A DNA stretch of 27,877 nt, from contig JAKMAE010000005.1 in the NCBI GenBank assembly GCA_022014875.1, forward strand, positions 1 to 27,877, in the 5' to 3' direction. The translations under genes and the position numbers were made by a program. This document shows, one piece after another, positions 8,736 through 15,721 of this stretch. This DNA is from Vulcanisaeta sp. Its GTDB lineage: Archaea > Thermoproteota > Thermoprotei > Thermoproteales > Thermocladiaceae. Within the stretch, counting starts at the first letter, position 1, and every line of letters starts with the position of its first letter. The notes under the pieces are model-generated. The model saw only the letters and a list, made by a program, of their open reading frames with translations, had not been told where the DNA came from and ran no database searches.

Positions 8736-9290
8736 TTAATATACGTATTTCATTACCTGAAGCGCACTCCTTATCTCCTCCAATAAGGCGACTAAAACAA
8801 GCAACGCGCTTCGCCTGTTCGTGGCTATCAACGGCATGATCTTCACGGTATAGGGCACCTTCAATATGTTCCTAACAGTGTTCAAACTCACGGCACTTGG
8901 TACATCCTGCTTATTCGCCGCAACTATGTGTGGTGTGTTTGGGAAATTCTCCTGGAAGAAACTATACATATTGATGGCCTCCTTAACCCTATCCTCGCTT
9001 GAGCTATCCACTATGAATACGTAACCATGCATACCCCTGGCTATTATCTTCCACATAAAGCTGAACCTTTCCTGGCCAGGCACGCCGAATAAGTGTACGA
9101 CCAAGTCCTCCCTAACCTTCATCTTGCCGTAATCAAAGGCGACAGTCGTGCTCCTCTTACCATCGAGTGAGCCCTTTGTCACAGGTACGTCGGTCTCTAT
9201 TGGCAACACCTCGCTGAGCGTCTTAACGAGCGTCGTCTTCCCAGCGCCGTATGGTCCAGCTATTACGATCTTGAGGACCTTTATTGGCAT
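8736..9290 (-). CDS. Small Ras-superfamily GTPase (archaeal MglA-like / COG2229 type)
   Basis: G1 GPYGAGKTT, G3 FGVPGQERF, G4 NKQD. About 184 aa. ATG 9290 lies 9 nt after the Roadblock stop. The ORF track uses GTG 9299. Confidence 0.85.
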   Translation of the reverse strand: MPIKVLKIVIAGPYGAGKTTLVKTLSEVLPIETDVPVTKGSLDGKRSTTVAFDYGKMKVREDLVVHLFGVPGQERFSFMWKIIARGMHGYVFIVDSSSEDRVKEAINMYSFFQENFPNTPHIVAANKQDVPSAVSLNTVRNILKVPYTVKIMPLIATNRRSALLVLVALLEEIRSALQVMKYVY

Positions 9291-9299
9291 TGCAACCAC

Positions 9300-9797
9300 T
9301 TATAGAACGGCCTTGCTCCTGATGAAGTTTATTACGTCCTCTATGTCCTTCGGCGTTATCTCCACATTTATTACCTCAATCAACTCCTCCTCACTAACCT
9401 TGACCAACCTGCTCAATAGGTTGTATAACTTGTCGGAGTACTTCTCGAGCAGAATCCTCGTGAGCCCTATCGAGGCCTCCGAATTACCAATAATCATTAA
9501 GTAACCCATGTCCCTAATACTTACTAATTGTATTATGCCTTCGGCGCCCTGCATGAGGACGTAATCAACATTCCCAATGGGTAGCGTCGATATTAGGCTC
9601 TTCAGGGAGGTTATGAATCGAGGCGCTGCGAAGAAGGTGTTGCTGGTATTTATCAGTATTGAGTTGGTTGTGTACGCTATCACGGTGCCCTCCCTATCCA
9701 TTACGTACACAGCCCTTATCTGATCTGGGCTTTCCGAGATTATTTCCTCAGTCGAAAGCTTAATCTCGTCTATAATTCTTTGAACCTCCGCGCCCAC
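9300..9797 (-). CDS. Roadblock/LC7 (MglB-like) domain protein with C-terminal extension
   Basis: The N-terminal part (IRAVYVMDREGTVIAYTT...GNVDYVLMQGAEGIIQLVSIRDMGYLMIIGN) has the Roadblock/LC7 alpha-beta pattern. It lies immediately upstream of, and is co-oriented with, a small GTPase, which is the classic pairing. GTG start 24 nt from a TATA box. Confidence 0.7.
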   Translation of the reverse strand: MGAEVQRIIDEIKLSTEEIISESPDQIRAVYVMDREGTVIAYTTNSILINTSNTFFAAPRFITSLKSLISTLPIGNVDYVLMQGAEGIIQLVSIRDMGYLMIIGNSEASIGLTRILLEKYSDKLYNLLSRLVKVSEEELIEVINVEITPKDIEDVINFIRSKAVL

Positions 9798-9814
9798 GTA
9801 TCTTTCTATTTGTA

Positions 9815-9827
9815 ATATTTTTTAAAT
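9815..9827 (-). promoter_or_regulatory. TATA box for the Roadblock-GTPase operon
   Basis: The minus strand reads TTTAAAAAATATT, centred 24 nt upstream of GTG 9797, so the transcript would be leaderless. Confidence 0.5.
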
Positions 9828-9884
9828 CTTTCGATTCCCCAAGCATCGGAGCGTAAATCTTCGCAATCCACGTAACGATACTCC

Positions 9885-9898
9885 AATAAGTTTTTAAG
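9885..9898 (+). promoter_or_regulatory. TATA box for the 9921 ORF
   Basis: aataagtttttaag, centred 29 nt upstream of ATG 9921. Confidence 0.45.
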
Positions 9899-9920
9899 CG
9901 CAATAGCGCTGGGTTAGTGT

Positions 9921-10265
9921 ATGATAACAATTAGGGGCTACGTAGTAAGTAAGACGCTGGTTACTGACCCCACTGGCGGTAGGATGATCGCGATTCAAAT
10001 AGTTGAGGAGAGGGAATCACCAGGCCCGGTGATTACGGGCACTGACGAAATGTCGCAGGTGATGCGTGACGTGATGCCACTCGTACAGCAGTTACTTAGG
10101 TCAATGCCGATGGTCGGTCCATTGATGAGTGGTAAGGTACCAATACCGAGGCTCCTAATCTGGCTTAATGAGGATGAGGCCGAGGCCCTGGGACCCAGGC
10201 TGGATGTTGGTGATGCTGTTGAGATTAGGATTGACAATGGAAAACTCGAGTTGGTTAAGGTTTAG
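9921..10265 (+). CDS. Hypothetical 114-aa protein
   Basis: Clean ORF with its own TATA box and a T5 run right after the stop. The C-terminal LGPRLDVGDAVEIRIDNGKLELVKV faintly resembles an AbrB/SpoVT-type swapped-hairpin strand pair. There is no firm family assignment. Confidence 0.55.
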   Translation: MITIRGYVVSKTLVTDPTGGRMIAIQIVEERESPGPVITGTDEMSQVMRDVMPLVQQLLRSMPMVGPLMSGKVPIPRLLIWLNEDEAEALGPRLDVGDAVEIRIDNGKLELVKV

Positions 10266-10270
10266 TTTTT
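10266..10270 (+). terminator. T5 run directly after the stop of the 9921 ORF
   Basis: tagTTTTTaaacc. It overlaps the stop codon of the convergent rpoK. Confidence 0.35.
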
Positions 10271-10622
10271 AAACCTGAACCCCAAACTCCCTACTCAGGT
10301 CTAGCAAATCCTTGAGCTTAATTCTAACCTGCCTACCGTTTGGTAGCGTCCTAATTATTACGAACGGTATCAACCCCCTACGTACCTCCTCGTAGGCTAT
10401 GAGCACAGGGTCATACGTCCCAAGCTTCTGCGGATCAATCATTGGCCGCGCCCCCATGGCTAATTGTTTAGCCCTTGCGGCGACCAATCTAGCGAGTTCG
10501 TACTTCGTTATCCTAGGCGGATATACTAATTTACCCTTTATTAACTCATCAATTCTCCTTAGGACAATGCTTAATGGATCCTCTTTTAAGACTGAACCCG
10601 GGGTTTGGTCTGTGGAGGACAT
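10269..10622 (-). CDS. rpoK: DNA-directed RNA polymerase subunit K (Rpb6/omega homologue)
   Basis: ITKYELARLVAARAKQLAMGARPMI...EEVRRGLIPFVIIRTLPNG matches the RpoK core (Sulfolobus: [22 protein letters not shown]...EEFKRGVLPITIRRRLPNG). Confidence 0.9.
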   Translation of the reverse strand: MSSTDQTPGSVLKEDPLSIVLRRIDELIKGKLVYPPRITKYELARLVAARAKQLAMGARPMIDPQKLGTYDPVLIAYEEVRRGLIPFVIIRTLPNGRQVRIKLKDLLDLSREFGVQV

Positions 10623-10638
10623 TGGGAAAAACCGTGGT

Positions 10639-10655
10639 AAATAATTATTTTAAAA
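10639..10655 (-). promoter_or_regulatory. TATA box for rpoK
   Basis: The minus strand reads TTTTAAAATAATTATTT, centred about 25 nt upstream of ATG 10622. Confidence 0.45.
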
Positions 10656-10679
10656 CTTAACTTAATCGGTTTGTTTTGA

Positions 10680-12344
10680 TTAGTCTGTCTTCGATGATGA
10701 CGACTCCTCCTCACTCTTCTCCTCCTTGCCCTTTGACTTACCGCCGCTGCTACTCTTCGTCTGCGCGGCCGCAACTATATCGTCAATCCTCAATATCATT
10801 ATTGCAGCCTCCGCGGCGCTCCTAATTACCTGCTTCTTAACGAGCAGTGGATCCACAACATTTAGCTTGTACATGTTGGCGACCTTACCGTTGAGCACGT
10901 CAACGCCGGCATCGATCTCCCCAGCATCATGCCTTCTCCTTAACTCAGCTATCACATCCACTGGGTCAAGGCCCGCTGTTAAGGCTAGTATTGTCGGTAC
11001 CTGCTCTAGGGCCTCTGCAAACTTGAGCACTGCCAACTGCTCCTTGCCAGGTAGTTTCCTACCCCACTCCCTAAGCCTCCTCGCTACCTCTATTTCGAAG
11101 GCGCCACCGCCAGGCACTATCTTTGGCTCCCTGTATAGGTCCCTAATCACGTGTAATGCATCCTGCATTGACCTCTCGGCCTCATCCAGTATCCTGTCGG
11201 CTGCGCCCCTTATCAGTATTGTGACCGCCCTTGGGTTCGGGCACTGCTCTATAAATACCATCTTCTCCTCGCCGACCTTCCTCTCCTCGACAAGCCCTGC
11301 AAAGCCTAGGTCCTCAGGCCTTATGTCCTTAATGCTCGTGACTATCTTGGCGCCCGTGGCCTTAGCCAGCTTCTCAATATCGCTCCTCTTAACCCTCCTA
11401 ACAGCCATTATGCCCTTCTTAGCCAGGTAGTGCTGCGCAACCTCGTCAATGCCCTTCTGGGTAATTACCACGTTTGCACCAACCTCGGCTAGCTTATCGA
11501 CGTATGACTTCAGTATGTTGGCTTCCTCCTCTAGGAATGCCTTTATCTGATTGGGTGATGATACGGATATCTTAGTAGTCCACTCGGGCTTCTCGATCTC
11601 CAGTGGCGCGTCTAGGACGGCTATCTTTGCATTAACAACCCTCTTCGGCATTCCGGGATGCACAACCTCCTTATCGAGGACAATACCCTGTATTAACTGG
11701 GTCTCTGCGAGGGACTGGCCTTTCTTCTTCTCAAGCTTTATCCAATCCAGGTCTAGGTTGTACCTGCCGTCAACCTTCTCCACAGCGATTGAGGCAGCCT
11801 CCACGGCAATCTTGGCGAGGTACTCCCTGGCCTCGGCAACGATCTTACTACTCAACGCGTTCATCGCCACGGTTGCCAGTTGATTCTTGTCCTCGACATT
11901 TATTGGCTGGGCAATTTCATTAGCGACTTGTATTGCGTAGTCCATAGCCTTCTTATAACCATCGATTATTATAGTCGGGTGTATACCCTCATCAATCAAC
12001 TCCTCAGCAAGCTCTAATAACCTGCCCGCTAGGACCACCGCAGTCGTTGTGCCATCGCCAACCTCGGCATCCTGAGCCTTCGCAACCTCGATCAATAACT
12101 TAGCGGCTGGGTGCTGGACCTCCATCTCCTTCAATATTGTAGCTCCATCGCCAGTTATTGTGACATCTCCAAAGGCATCAATCAGCATCTTATCCATGCC
12201 CCTAGGGCCGAGGCTAGTCGATAGTATTTCGGCAATTACCTTAGCGGCCATTATATTACTCCTCCTCGCATCTGCGCCTGTCGTTCTTTGCGCACCTTCC
12301 TTAAGGATCATTACTGGAATTCCACCCTTTTGTTGGCTGCTCAT
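10680..12344 (-). CDS. ths: Thermosome subunit (group II chaperonin)
   Basis: 554 aa. [30 protein letters not shown] and the overall CCT/thermosome layout are present. The C-terminal tail is Ser/Lys/Glu-rich rather than GGM-type. Confidence 0.95.
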   Translation of the reverse strand: MSSQQKGGIPVMILKEGAQRTTGADARRSNIMAAKVIAEILSTSLGPRGMDKMLIDAFGDVTITGDGATILKEMEVQHPAAKLLIEVAKAQDAEVGDGTTTAVVLAGRLLELAEELIDEGIHPTIIIDGYKKAMDYAIQVANEIAQPINVEDKNQLATVAMNALSSKIVAEAREYLAKIAVEAASIAVEKVDGRYNLDLDWIKLEKKKGQSLAETQLIQGIVLDKEVVHPGMPKRVVNAKIAVLDAPLEIEKPEWTTKISVSSPNQIKAFLEEEANILKSYVDKLAEVGANVVITQKGIDEVAQHYLAKKGIMAVRRVKRSDIEKLAKATGAKIVTSIKDIRPEDLGFAGLVEERKVGEEKMVFIEQCPNPRAVTILIRGAADRILDEAERSMQDALHVIRDLYREPKIVPGGGAFEIEVARRLREWGRKLPGKEQLAVLKFAEALEQVPTILALTAGLDPVDVIAELRRRHDAGEIDAGVDVLNGKVANMYKLNVVDPLLVKKQVIRSAAEAAIMILRIDDIVAAAQTKSSSGGKSKGKEEKSEEESSSSKTD

Positions 12345-12365
12345 CGGAGGGTCCGTAAATCACTT

Positions 12366-12374
12366 CTATAAAAA
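12366..12374 (-). promoter_or_regulatory. TATA box for the thermosome gene
   Basis: The minus strand reads ggTTTTTATAGaa, centred 26 nt upstream of ATG 12344. Confidence 0.5.
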
Positions 12375-12445
12375 CCTTTCTACACCGTTATGGCTCACCA
12401 CCGCGATTATGGCCCTTATTACCATTCCCACACATAATTTGGTAA

Positions 12446-12459
12446 AAGTTATAAAAATG
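12446..12459 (+). promoter_or_regulatory. TATA box for the signal peptidase gene
   Basis: aagttataaaaatg, centred 27 nt upstream of ATG 12480. Confidence 0.5.
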
Positions 12460-12479
12460 CATTGCCTGGTTAGCAAAGG

Positions 12480-12917
12480 ATGGGCTTGGGTCATGCATTA
12501 TTAACCGTATTATTAGTATTATCAATACTCGTAGTACCCTGGGCAGTGGTTAGCTCGTACTCCATGGAACCAACGCTGGAGGTAGGCGACTTGGTTATTA
12601 TGGCGCCAACCATAGGCACCTGCCAATCACTGCTTGGTCACGTTGCTATTTACTACTCACCACAATTCGGGGACTTAATTGTGCATAGGGCGGTGGCTAT
12701 CGAGAACGTGCAGGGATGCATCTACGTATTTAAGGGCGATGCAAACCTGGGGCCCGATCCATACCCAGTGCCTAGGTATAATGTGGTTGGTGTGGTTCAG
12801 TTCGTCATACCGCAGCTCGGCTTCGTAAGTCTATCTTACAGGTCATACACCGCATTACTATATATGCTTGGCTTAATAATATTAGTGGTTATTCCAGCAT
12901 ACATCTTAGACAAATAA
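12480..12917 (+). CDS. Signal peptidase I, archaeal/eukaryal Sec11 (S26B) type
   Basis: N-terminal TM segment, catalytic Ser box SSYSMEPTL, His box LIVHRAV, GDAN box and a C-terminal TM anchor. Confidence 0.85.
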   Translation: MGLGHALLTVLLVLSILVVPWAVVSSYSMEPTLEVGDLVIMAPTIGTCQSLLGHVAIYYSPQFGDLIVHRAVAIENVQGCIYVFKGDANLGPDPYPVPRYNVVGVVQFVIPQLGFVSLSYRSYTALLYMLGLIILVVIPAYILDK

Positions 12918-12943
12918 TTACGTATTTCATTGCTTAATAGGGA

Positions 12944-12957
12944 AAAGTGTATAAGTT
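12944..12957 (+). promoter_or_regulatory. TATA box for the acetyltransferase gene
   Basis: aaagtgtataagtt, centred 27 nt upstream of ATG 12978. It lies inside the ORF-track N-terminal extension. Confidence 0.45.
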
Positions 12958-12977
12958 GTAAATTCATCATCCCTGTA

Positions 12978-13535
12978 ATGGACGGAGATGTTGTTCAGGA
13001 CGTAACTAGGAAGCTTGAGGGTCGTGAATACATTCGAGGAAAAAATGGGAAAGTATTCGTACTTAGGGAGTTCGAGATAACGGACCTAAACGCCGTAGTT
13101 TATATAAACAGGGCCGTACTGCCGGAGAATTACCCCGAGTTCTTCTTCGTTGAGCACTACAGGAGTTTTCCAAAGGCCTTCATAGTAGCTGAGCTTGACG
13201 GTAGGGTTGTGGGTTACATGATGAATAGGGTCGAGTTTGGCTGGAGCTACATATGGAGGGGTAAACCTACGAGGAAGGGTCACGTAATATCGATAGGGGT
13301 TTTACCCGAGGCGCGTAGGTTGGGTATTGCGTATAACATGATGATTAGGGGTATGAGGGCCATGAAGTACTTCTACGGTGCGGAGGAGGTCTACCTCGAA
13401 GTTAGGGTTTCCAATACACCGGCCATTAATCTATACAAGAAGTTGAATTACAAAATAGTCGACCTAATAAAGGGGTACTACCACGATGGTGAGGATGCGT
13501 ACATAATGGCTAGGCCACTTACAGACTTCGCTTGA
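12978..13535 (+). CDS. ard1: N-alpha-acetyltransferase, Ard1/Naa10-like (GNAT; often annotated RimI)
   Basis: INRAVLPENYPEFFFVEHY...RKGHVISIGVLPEARRLGIA...EEVYLEVRVSNTPAINLYKKLNYK...KGYYHDGEDAYIMARPL runs closely parallel to Sulfolobus Ard1 as I recall it. Start moved from TTG 12930 to ATG 12978. Confidence 0.85.
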   Translation: MDGDVVQDVTRKLEGREYIRGKNGKVFVLREFEITDLNAVVYINRAVLPENYPEFFFVEHYRSFPKAFIVAELDGRVVGYMMNRVEFGWSYIWRGKPTRKGHVISIGVLPEARRLGIAYNMMIRGMRAMKYFYGAEEVYLEVRVSNTPAINLYKKLNYKIVDLIKGYYHDGEDAYIMARPLTDFA

Positions 13536-13564
13536 ATCATAACTTCCTAACGATGCGGGAGCAA

Positions 13565-13615
13565 TCAGCCTAGGAAGACCTCGTCACTCACTCGGCACCC
13601 CCTACCCATCATCAC
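13565..13615 (-). ncRNA. C/D-box sRNA candidate C (2'-O-methylation guide)
   Basis: The minus strand reads GUGAUGA(C)-uggguaggggguG(13)-CCGA(D')-guga-GUGACGA(C')-ggucuuccuagg(12)-CUGA(D). The box deviations fall only at tolerated positions (D' position 2, C' position 5). Confidence 0.65.
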
Positions 13616-13671
13616 GGTAATTCACTGTAAAGGTTGCGTCACGGTTAGTTAAGCATTAATACCGTAAGTAC

Positions 13672-13720
13672 TCAGCGAAGGCCAGGGTACATCATTAATC
13701 AGCCACTCCGGAATCATCAC
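13672..13720 (-). ncRNA. C/D-box sRNA candidate B
   Basis: The minus strand reads GUGAUGA(C)-uuccggagugg(11)-CUGA(D')-uua-AUGAUGU(C')-acccuggccuucg(13)-CUGA(D). Length about 49 nt. Confidence 0.7.
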
Positions 13721-13774
13721 TTTTAATTACTACTTCAGTGATTTTGGGATTATTGAACTTATTCTTACAATTCA

Positions 13775-13831
13775 TCAGCGAAGGCGATACTCTTCATGAT
13801 GTGGAGCGTCTGTAATGGGCTGGCTCATCAT
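13775..13831 (-). ncRNA. C/D-box sRNA candidate A
   Basis: The minus strand reads AUGAUGA(C)-gccagcccauua(12)-CAGA(D')-cgcuccacauc-AUGAAGA(C')-guaucgccuucg(12)-CUGA(D). A CTTTAAAG box lies about 37 nt upstream of the C box. Confidence 0.65.
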
Positions 13832-13894
13832 CCTAAAAATACTTCATGCCACTAATTGTCATGCTTTAAAGTAATAGGTCCGTCACTGCATTGC

Positions 13895-15139
13895 CTATTC
13901 ACCAAACTTCTCTATTGCGCCGAGGTAATTGGCTATTATGTTCATTACGTCAATACCCTTAATCCTGTTCCAAAAACCTCTTGCGCAATCCCTCTCACTG
14001 AATTTAGTCACTTCATCTCTCATAACATCGGGTCCCCAAGCCATGAACGGTACTGGGTCGCCCGTGTGGTCCCTCACCGTTATGGGTGTTGCGTGGTCGC
14101 AGGTTATGAATATATACGTGTCGCCTGGGGCCTCCTCGATAAACCTCCTTAACCCGGCATCAACCCTCTCTATTATCATTACCTTACCTCTAGCGTCACC
14201 GTCATGAGACATGGAGTCCGTGGGCTTGACGTGTAGGAACACGAAGTCGTGGTTCTTCAGGGCCTCGGCCGCTGCGTGGAATGCCGAGTTGAAATCATCA
14301 TCCTTAGAGCCTACGTAGTTCTCTACGTTTATCGCCTCCATGCCCAGTGCCACCCCGATACCCCTTATCAACGCGACGCCCGCGATTATTGCGGGTTTGA
14401 TCTTATATTTCGAACTTAATGGCTCGAACTTCCTCAGAGACCCAGCCCCCCTCAGTAATACCATGTTTATCGGTACCTTACCCTCCCTCCTCCTCTTATC
14501 GTTAAACCTAGCCCTGCTCAACTTCTCATAGACCAACCTTGTGAATTCGTTTACGTAGCTCGCCGTGACCTTTGCATCCTCACTTAAGGCCCTCGCCTCA
14601 GCAACCCTAGCACCAACAACGTGGGGGTCCGTGTCGCTTACATTGGGTGAAACGGCACCCCTCAGTACTAGGACCCCCCTGTGCTCGACTGTTTGTTTAT
14701 AGATTGCGTCTATTCCGTATTTCGACTTAAGTATTGGTAAGACCTCGTTGTTTATGATCTCCTCAATCTCCCTTGCCTCATCAGCGCCTATGTACCTACC
14801 ACCCCTTCTATCCACAACTATCAACTCATCATTTACAGTAGCTACATTAGCCCTAAAGGCGACGTCGCCAGGGTTTAGCGGTATGCCGGCACCAAGAGCC
14901 TCTAGGGGTCCCCTACCTGGGTAGTACTTATATGGGTCGTAGCCGAAAATTGCTAGGTGCGCGACGTCACTTCCAGGTCTAATGCCTGGCGATATAACAT
15001 CCATCAATCCGCAGGACCCATCCGCAGTTAACCTGTCAATTGCTGGTTTAATGGCGACCTCGAGTGGCGTCTTATTGCCTAGCTCCTTAACGGGCCTGTC
15101 AGCGCACCCATCGAGTATGACTAATAATGCCCTTGGCAT
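13895..15139 (-). CDS. apgM: 2,3-bisphosphoglycerate-independent phosphoglycerate mutase, archaeal type
   Basis: 414 aa. N-terminal LLVILDGCADRP, metal-site motifs DSMSHDGD and ITCDHATP, typical ApgM length. Confidence 0.9.
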   Translation of the reverse strand: MPRALLVILDGCADRPVKELGNKTPLEVAIKPAIDRLTADGSCGLMDVISPGIRPGSDVAHLAIFGYDPYKYYPGRGPLEALGAGIPLNPGDVAFRANVATVNDELIVVDRRGGRYIGADEAREIEEIINNEVLPILKSKYGIDAIYKQTVEHRGVLVLRGAVSPNVSDTDPHVVGARVAEARALSEDAKVTASYVNEFTRLVYEKLSRARFNDKRRREGKVPINMVLLRGAGSLRKFEPLSSKYKIKPAIIAGVALIRGIGVALGMEAINVENYVGSKDDDFNSAFHAAAEALKNHDFVFLHVKPTDSMSHDGDARGKVMIIERVDAGLRRFIEEAPGDTYIFITCDHATPITVRDHTGDPVPFMAWGPDVMRDEVTKFSERDCARGFWNRIKGIDVMNIIANYLGAIEKFGE

Positions 15140-15160
15140 GCCTGTTAAGGTAGCCCTGGG

Positions 15161-15175
15161 TCATTATAAGTATTT
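15161..15175 (-). promoter_or_regulatory. TATA box for apgM, overlapping the cutA stop
   Basis: The minus strand reads aaatacTTATAATga, centred 28 nt upstream of ATG 15139. Confidence 0.4.
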
Positions 15176-15503
15176 ACTTAGAGTGCCCCACCACCTCATC
15201 GATCCACCCAAGGTATTCCCTCAACCCACCAATTATCGGTAGAGCTATTACTTCAGGCACCTTATAGGGATGTCTCTCCCTTATTGCCTTGATGGTATCG
15301 TCAAGTCTATCCCGCCTAGTCTTGATTATCAACAGCGCCTCGTTATCCTCCTCCACCCTACCCTCCCAATAATACACACTTCTCAACCCATCAATGACAT
15401 TTACACACGCAGCCAATTTATTACCCACGAGGTACCTGGCCAACTCAATACCTAAATCCCTATTGGGCACGGTTACGAAAATCACCACATACTCGGAACT
15501 CAT
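15174..15503 (-). CDS. cutA: Divalent-cation tolerance protein CutA
   Basis: VIFVTVPNRDLGIELARYLVGNKLAACVNVI..LRSVYYWEGRVEEDNEALLIIKT...HPYKVPEVIALPI is the CutA1 signature layout. I use ATG 15503, one codon inside the ORF-track TTG 15506. Confidence 0.9.
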   Translation of the reverse strand: MSSEYVVIFVTVPNRDLGIELARYLVGNKLAACVNVIDGLRSVYYWEGRVEEDNEALLIIKTRRDRLDDTIKAIRERHPYKVPEVIALPIIGGLREYLGWIDEVVGHSK

Positions 15504-15523
15504 CAATCACGAATAGAAATGCC

Positions 15524-15534
15524 TATATTAAAAA
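15524..15534 (-). promoter_or_regulatory. TATA box for cutA
   Basis: The minus strand reads TTTTTAATATA, centred 26 nt upstream of ATG 15503. Confidence 0.5.
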
Positions 15535-15705
15535 CATTATTTATTTTTTGGAGTAATTAACGCGGCAATGTTTAAATACGCGGTGATGCCTACGTGCACT
15601 GATGGGGTACATAACCCCTGGAAAACTAGCGTAAAAATTTCAGGAACTGGGCTAAGCTCGGCAGTTTGGCGGGATCATTAATGACGTGGCCGTGTAATTC
15701 AGTAA

Positions 15706-15721
15706 TATTGCCTAGGCAATA
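15706..15721. repeat. Perfect 16-nt palindrome TATTGCCTAGGCAATA
   Basis: Verified base by base. It is centred between 15713 and 15714 and lies about 45-55 nt upstream of the TATA box of the YchF-like gene. Confidence 0.9.

Noticed and set aside
10586-10774. Arg-rich 62-aa ORF ([30 protein letters not shown]...) spanning the thermosome 3' end and the rpoK promoter.
   Set aside because: It arises from an alternative frame of the GA-rich Ser/Glu/Lys tail codons of the thermosome gene. It overlaps the rpoK TATA box and start and has no independent signals.
10680-10780. The thermosome C-terminal tail is Ser/Lys/Glu-rich ([24 protein letters not shown]), not the Gly-Gly-Met type.
   Set aside because: Group II chaperonin tails vary widely between lineages. 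I cannot show from the sequence alone that this is unusual for this clade.
10726-11430. 234-aa ORF on the plus strand inside the thermosome gene. Similar long antisense ORFs occur at 22896-23417, 17159-17578, 4842-5216, 9148-9504, 11551-11883, 22061-22447 and 22365-22733.
   Set aside because: Each lies entirely antisense to, or out of frame with, a confidently identified conserved gene. Their composition is low-complexity and rich in Ser, Leu and Ile, typical of the reverse frame of coding sequence. None has a TATA box or SD at a plausible distance.
13543-13577. Inverted repeat CTTCCTA / TAGGAAG (7 bp, 21-nt loop) overlapping the D guide and D box of sRNA candidate C.
   Set aside because: It could be a 3' processing or termination hairpin. 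But it would sequester the guide. It is a single short stem and I cannot distinguish it from chance.
13856-14152. 98-aa plus-strand ORF starting in the sRNA spacer and running into apgM.
   Set aside because: It is mostly antisense to the well-supported apgM gene. It has no promoter or SD and no recognisable domain.
15583-15604. Possible C/D-box sRNA on the plus strand: GUGAUGC followed by CUGA.
   Set aside because: The spacer is only 9 nt, there is no C'/D' pair, and no second CUGA lies at an appropriate distance. This probably arose by chance.
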